Below, in pieces: positions 61,357 to 64,000 of a DNA stretch of 64,000 bases. A model generated the notes under the pieces. The model saw nothing but the letters and a program-made list of their open reading frames with translations. It was not told the DNA's origin and searched no databases. The stretch covers positions 32,001 through 96,000 of the forward strand of contig CAWFOM010000016.1 in NCBI GenBank assembly GCA_963817385.1. The letters run 5' to 3'. The stretch's first letter is position 1. Each line of letters starts with the position of its first letter. A program made the position numbers and the translations under genes. This DNA comes from an uncultured delta proteobacterium (lineage in GTDB: Bacteria; Desulfobacterota; Syntrophia; Syntrophales; UBA5619).

Positions 61357-61570
61357 CACAGAGCGGGAGACGAACTTCTCCTGAGCGTGTGTGAACGTTG
61401 AGATGGAGGGGAAGCAAGCCGCAGAGAATGTTCTCGCTGGCGGATTCAAACGCGTTTCTCAAACACAGAAAGGTAATGTAACTGTCATTTGACAAAAGTG
61501 AATTGATCGTTAAGTTAATAAAAATTCAAATGGACCGGAAGAGTGTCCAAGAAAAGGAGAATAGATATCT

Positions 61571-61885
61571 ATGTTTTCTGTATCTGAAAAAGCAAGTGAG
61601 ATGATTAAGGAATTTTTTAAGAGTCGCACGGAGGCCCCCTCCATCAGGGTGGTGATGCAGGAGGGCGGCTGATCCGGGCCCTCACTGGGCATGGCTCTGG
61701 ATGAGTCAACAAAGGACGACGAGATATTCGAGGACCGGGGGGTTACCTACTTGGTCGAGAAGGCCCTCTTTGAAAAGGTCAAACCGATAGAGGTCGATTT
61801 CGTAACCAGCCCGCGGGGGTCGGGATTCAAACTGACCTCCAGCCTGAGTCAGGAAAGCGCCTGCGGATCATCTTGCAGTTGCTGA
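61571..61885 (+). CDS. HesB/IscA-like selenoprotein (in-frame UGA read as Sec)
   Basis: MFSVSEKA...QEGG-TGA(61670)-SGPSLGMALDE...CGSSCSC; AGGAG RBS; hairpin directly 3' of the UGA. Confidence 0.85.
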
Positions 61886-61893
61886 AAGCGCAC

Positions 61894-61923
61894 CCCGGAG
61901 TCCCAAGCCTCCGGGTTTTTTTT
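61894..61923 (+). terminator. Intrinsic terminator
   Basis: CCCGGAG/CTCCGGG stem followed by T8. Confidence 0.8.
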
Positions 61924-61946
61924 GCTTAAAACGCGTGCCTCACTCC

Positions 61947-62906
61947 ATGAAAGACGAGCAAACCCTCCCCGAACGTAATCTCGCCGATGCCCTGACCAGG
62001 ATGGGACGTCACACCGAGGCCGTCGCGCTCTACCGGAAACTCACCGAAACATTCCCGAAAGACGAATCCCACCTCCTCTCGCTGGCCTGGGCGCTCCACG
62101 ACAGCGGAAGGCCGCAAGAGGCTGCCGACTGTTTCGAGCGCCTCTTCCGGAAGGAGCTCTCGCGAAAACTTTTCACCGGCTTTGCCTATGACGAACTCGT
62201 CCGTATATATCGGGAGGGACAGAACTGGGACGCGCTGATCTTGGTCTGCGAGCGAGCTTCGGCTGCACAGCCGGAAGATGTCGGCTTGCTTAAAACCCTC
62301 GGTGATGCATATCTCATGGCGGATCGAACCGTCGACGCCTTGCATCTCTACGAAACGCTCATTTCCCTCGAACCGGAAGCCCCGGAGCATTGGTGTGCTC
62401 TGGGCGCTGCCCGGCTCGCTATTGGCAACATCGAGGAGGCCGAAGCGGCTTACACAAGGGCCGCTGAGATTGACCCTTCTGACGCACCCATCTTTTTCAA
62501 CCGTCTGGCCGATGGCTTTCTCCGCGCGGGCTATCCGGAAAATGCACAGGCGGCCATTGAGCGGTGCCTGGGGCTGAAACCCGGTGAGCCGCTTTATCTC
62601 ATGGATCTCGGCGACATTCTGATCCTCCGAGGGAAGCCGAATGCGGCGGTAGATGCTTACGCCCGCGCTGCGTTCCTCAATCCCGCTTCCGCAGGGGCCT
62701 GCTGGTGCCGTTTGGGCGACTTCCTCGCAAAGAACGGTCTCCACACGTCGGCTACGGACGCAATCACAAAAGCTGTAGCCACCGAACCGGAAAATCCCCG
62801 CTATTTACTGCGCCTGGCAGCGTCCTATGAAGCCCAAGGGTTGATCGACCTCGCCAGTGCAACGCTCCGCCGGGTGGAGAAACTGACCAAGACGGAAATT
62901 GCATAA
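61947..62906 (+). CDS. Tetratricopeptide repeat protein
   Basis: Repeated TPR helices (LGDAYL, EAEAAYTRAAEIDP). Confidence 0.82.
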   Translation: MKDEQTLPERNLADALTRMGRHTEAVALYRKLTETFPKDESHLLSLAWALHDSGRPQEAADCFERLFRKELSRKLFTGFAYDELVRIYREGQNWDALILVCERASAAQPEDVGLLKTLGDAYLMADRTVDALHLYETLISLEPEAPEHWCALGAARLAIGNIEEAEAAYTRAAEIDPSDAPIFFNRLADGFLRAGYPENAQAAIERCLGLKPGEPLYLMDLGDILILRGKPNAAVDAYARAAFLNPASAGACWCRLGDFLAKNGLHTSATDAITKAVATEPENPRYLLRLAASYEAQGLIDLASATLRRVEKLTKTEIA

Positions 62907-62972
62907 GACATCATTGGGGGATGGCGCCGCAAATCAGGGGATTGATGCGTCATCTTCCGACCGGTATACGCA

Positions 62973-64000
62973 TCAATTAAAATCGATTTTGTAATAGAGA
63001 TCCACGCCGCTCTCGCTCCCCGTCTGCGTCTCGATCTGCCACTGCTTGAAGATGTCGTAACGGAGGCGAAACAGGTTGCCGCCGGTGAATAGCGACCGCC
63101 CGTAACTGAAATAGAGCTGGGGCGTCAGATATTTCCCTACGGTCAGCATCGTCTGGGAGATACCGGCTGCCTGTCTTGCCGGGGCGACGCCGGCGGGCGC
63201 GACCGGGATCTGCTTATATCCACTGCGGCCGGGGGCTTCTCCGCCTGTCTGAAGCTCCAGGGTACTGAGCCCCAGCCGGTTCTTGATCTGTTCCTGCAGG
63301 GCGACCGATTGCCCCCGGGAAAGGAGCGCTCCGGCCACCTGCGCCATCATGGCCGCCTGTTCGCTGCTGTTGCCGTTGCCGAGCGGATGGCCGAAGACGA
63401 TGTAGGCCAGGGTATCCACGTCCGGCATCGAGGGCTCGGAGTAGAGCTTGATCACCGGCGCCCGGAGGATCCCCCCGGCCGTGACGCCGGCGCGCACGTC
63501 GCCGACGGTGCGAAGCGCCAGGATATCCAGCGTCGGCTGATTAAAGGGTCCTCCGGCGTAAAACAGGCGCCCGCGGACGATTTCCAGGTCTACTCCGTAG
63601 GCCTTGTAACGTCCCTTTGACCACCCTGATCTCGCCCCTGCTCGTAATTGTATCAAGACTTCGAAACACCAGATCGATGCTCCCGTCCAATTTGGCGTCG
63701 ATCCCTTCCATATTTACCAGGACTCTCTCGCCAAGCACCATCCGGACCTGGACATCCAGGGCAAAGGGGAAAGTATTTTTGACGGGCTTCGGCACCCCCT
63801 CCAGGATCACATCCTTGCTGGGCAGGACAACGGCCCGGGCCGCCTGGCTGACGATGAGCAGCTCCGGCAATCGCACCTCGCCCCGGATGTTCAGCCTCTC
63901 CGGAGTGCCCTCGAATGTGAGGTTCGGGGAACTCAGGATCTGCAGCTCGGGAAGGTAGACGGTCTGGAACCGCTCGCCGGTGATGCTTCCCTGGTAGCCG
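62973..64000 (-). CDS. tamB: TamB (translocation and assembly module) C-terminal part; 5' end outside the window, +1 frameshift at ~63614
   Basis: LYSEPSM, LAYIVFG, TVGKYLTPQLY, LRYDI, GVDLYY; extra G in AAAGGGACG joins ORFs 63541 and 62973. Confidence 0.85.

Overview
A 64 kb GC-rich chromosomal window from an anaerobic deltaproteobacterium (gene content suggests Desulfobacterota/Syntrophales; taxonomy is inferred). Several single-base frameshifts in conserved genes suggest consensus errors. The main result is a ~13.7 kb electron-transfer island (47.7-61.4 kb). It co-locates homologues of the three Geobacter inner-membrane quinol-oxidising conduits (7-heme ImcH-like, 9-heme plus cytochrome b CbcL-like, CbcA/CbcB-like) with a 9-heme c7-repeat periplasmic cytochrome, a heme-motif sensor kinase and a sigma54 activator. 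Two sigma54 promoters there share the same enhancer/IHF layout to within 1 bp. Other notable loci: an AT-richer glycyl radical enzyme/activase/MarR cassette with a non-canonical GCVQP Cys loop and a triple operator; a GcvT-SHMT fusion divergent from lpdA; the methanogen-type homocysteine operon; an HTH-ExeA(repeat)-TPR operon; a GltD-ferredoxin plus tungsten AOR pair; an intact IS1202-family element with a 16-bp target duplication; tRNA-Ser(CGA); and a UGA-recoded HesB/IscA selenoprotein that the ORF track truncates. Relics of a type III Res tail, an IS91 transposase, an lpdA fragment and an Fe-ADH are also present. No CRISPR array or rRNA was seen. All family calls come from motif recognition, not database searches.
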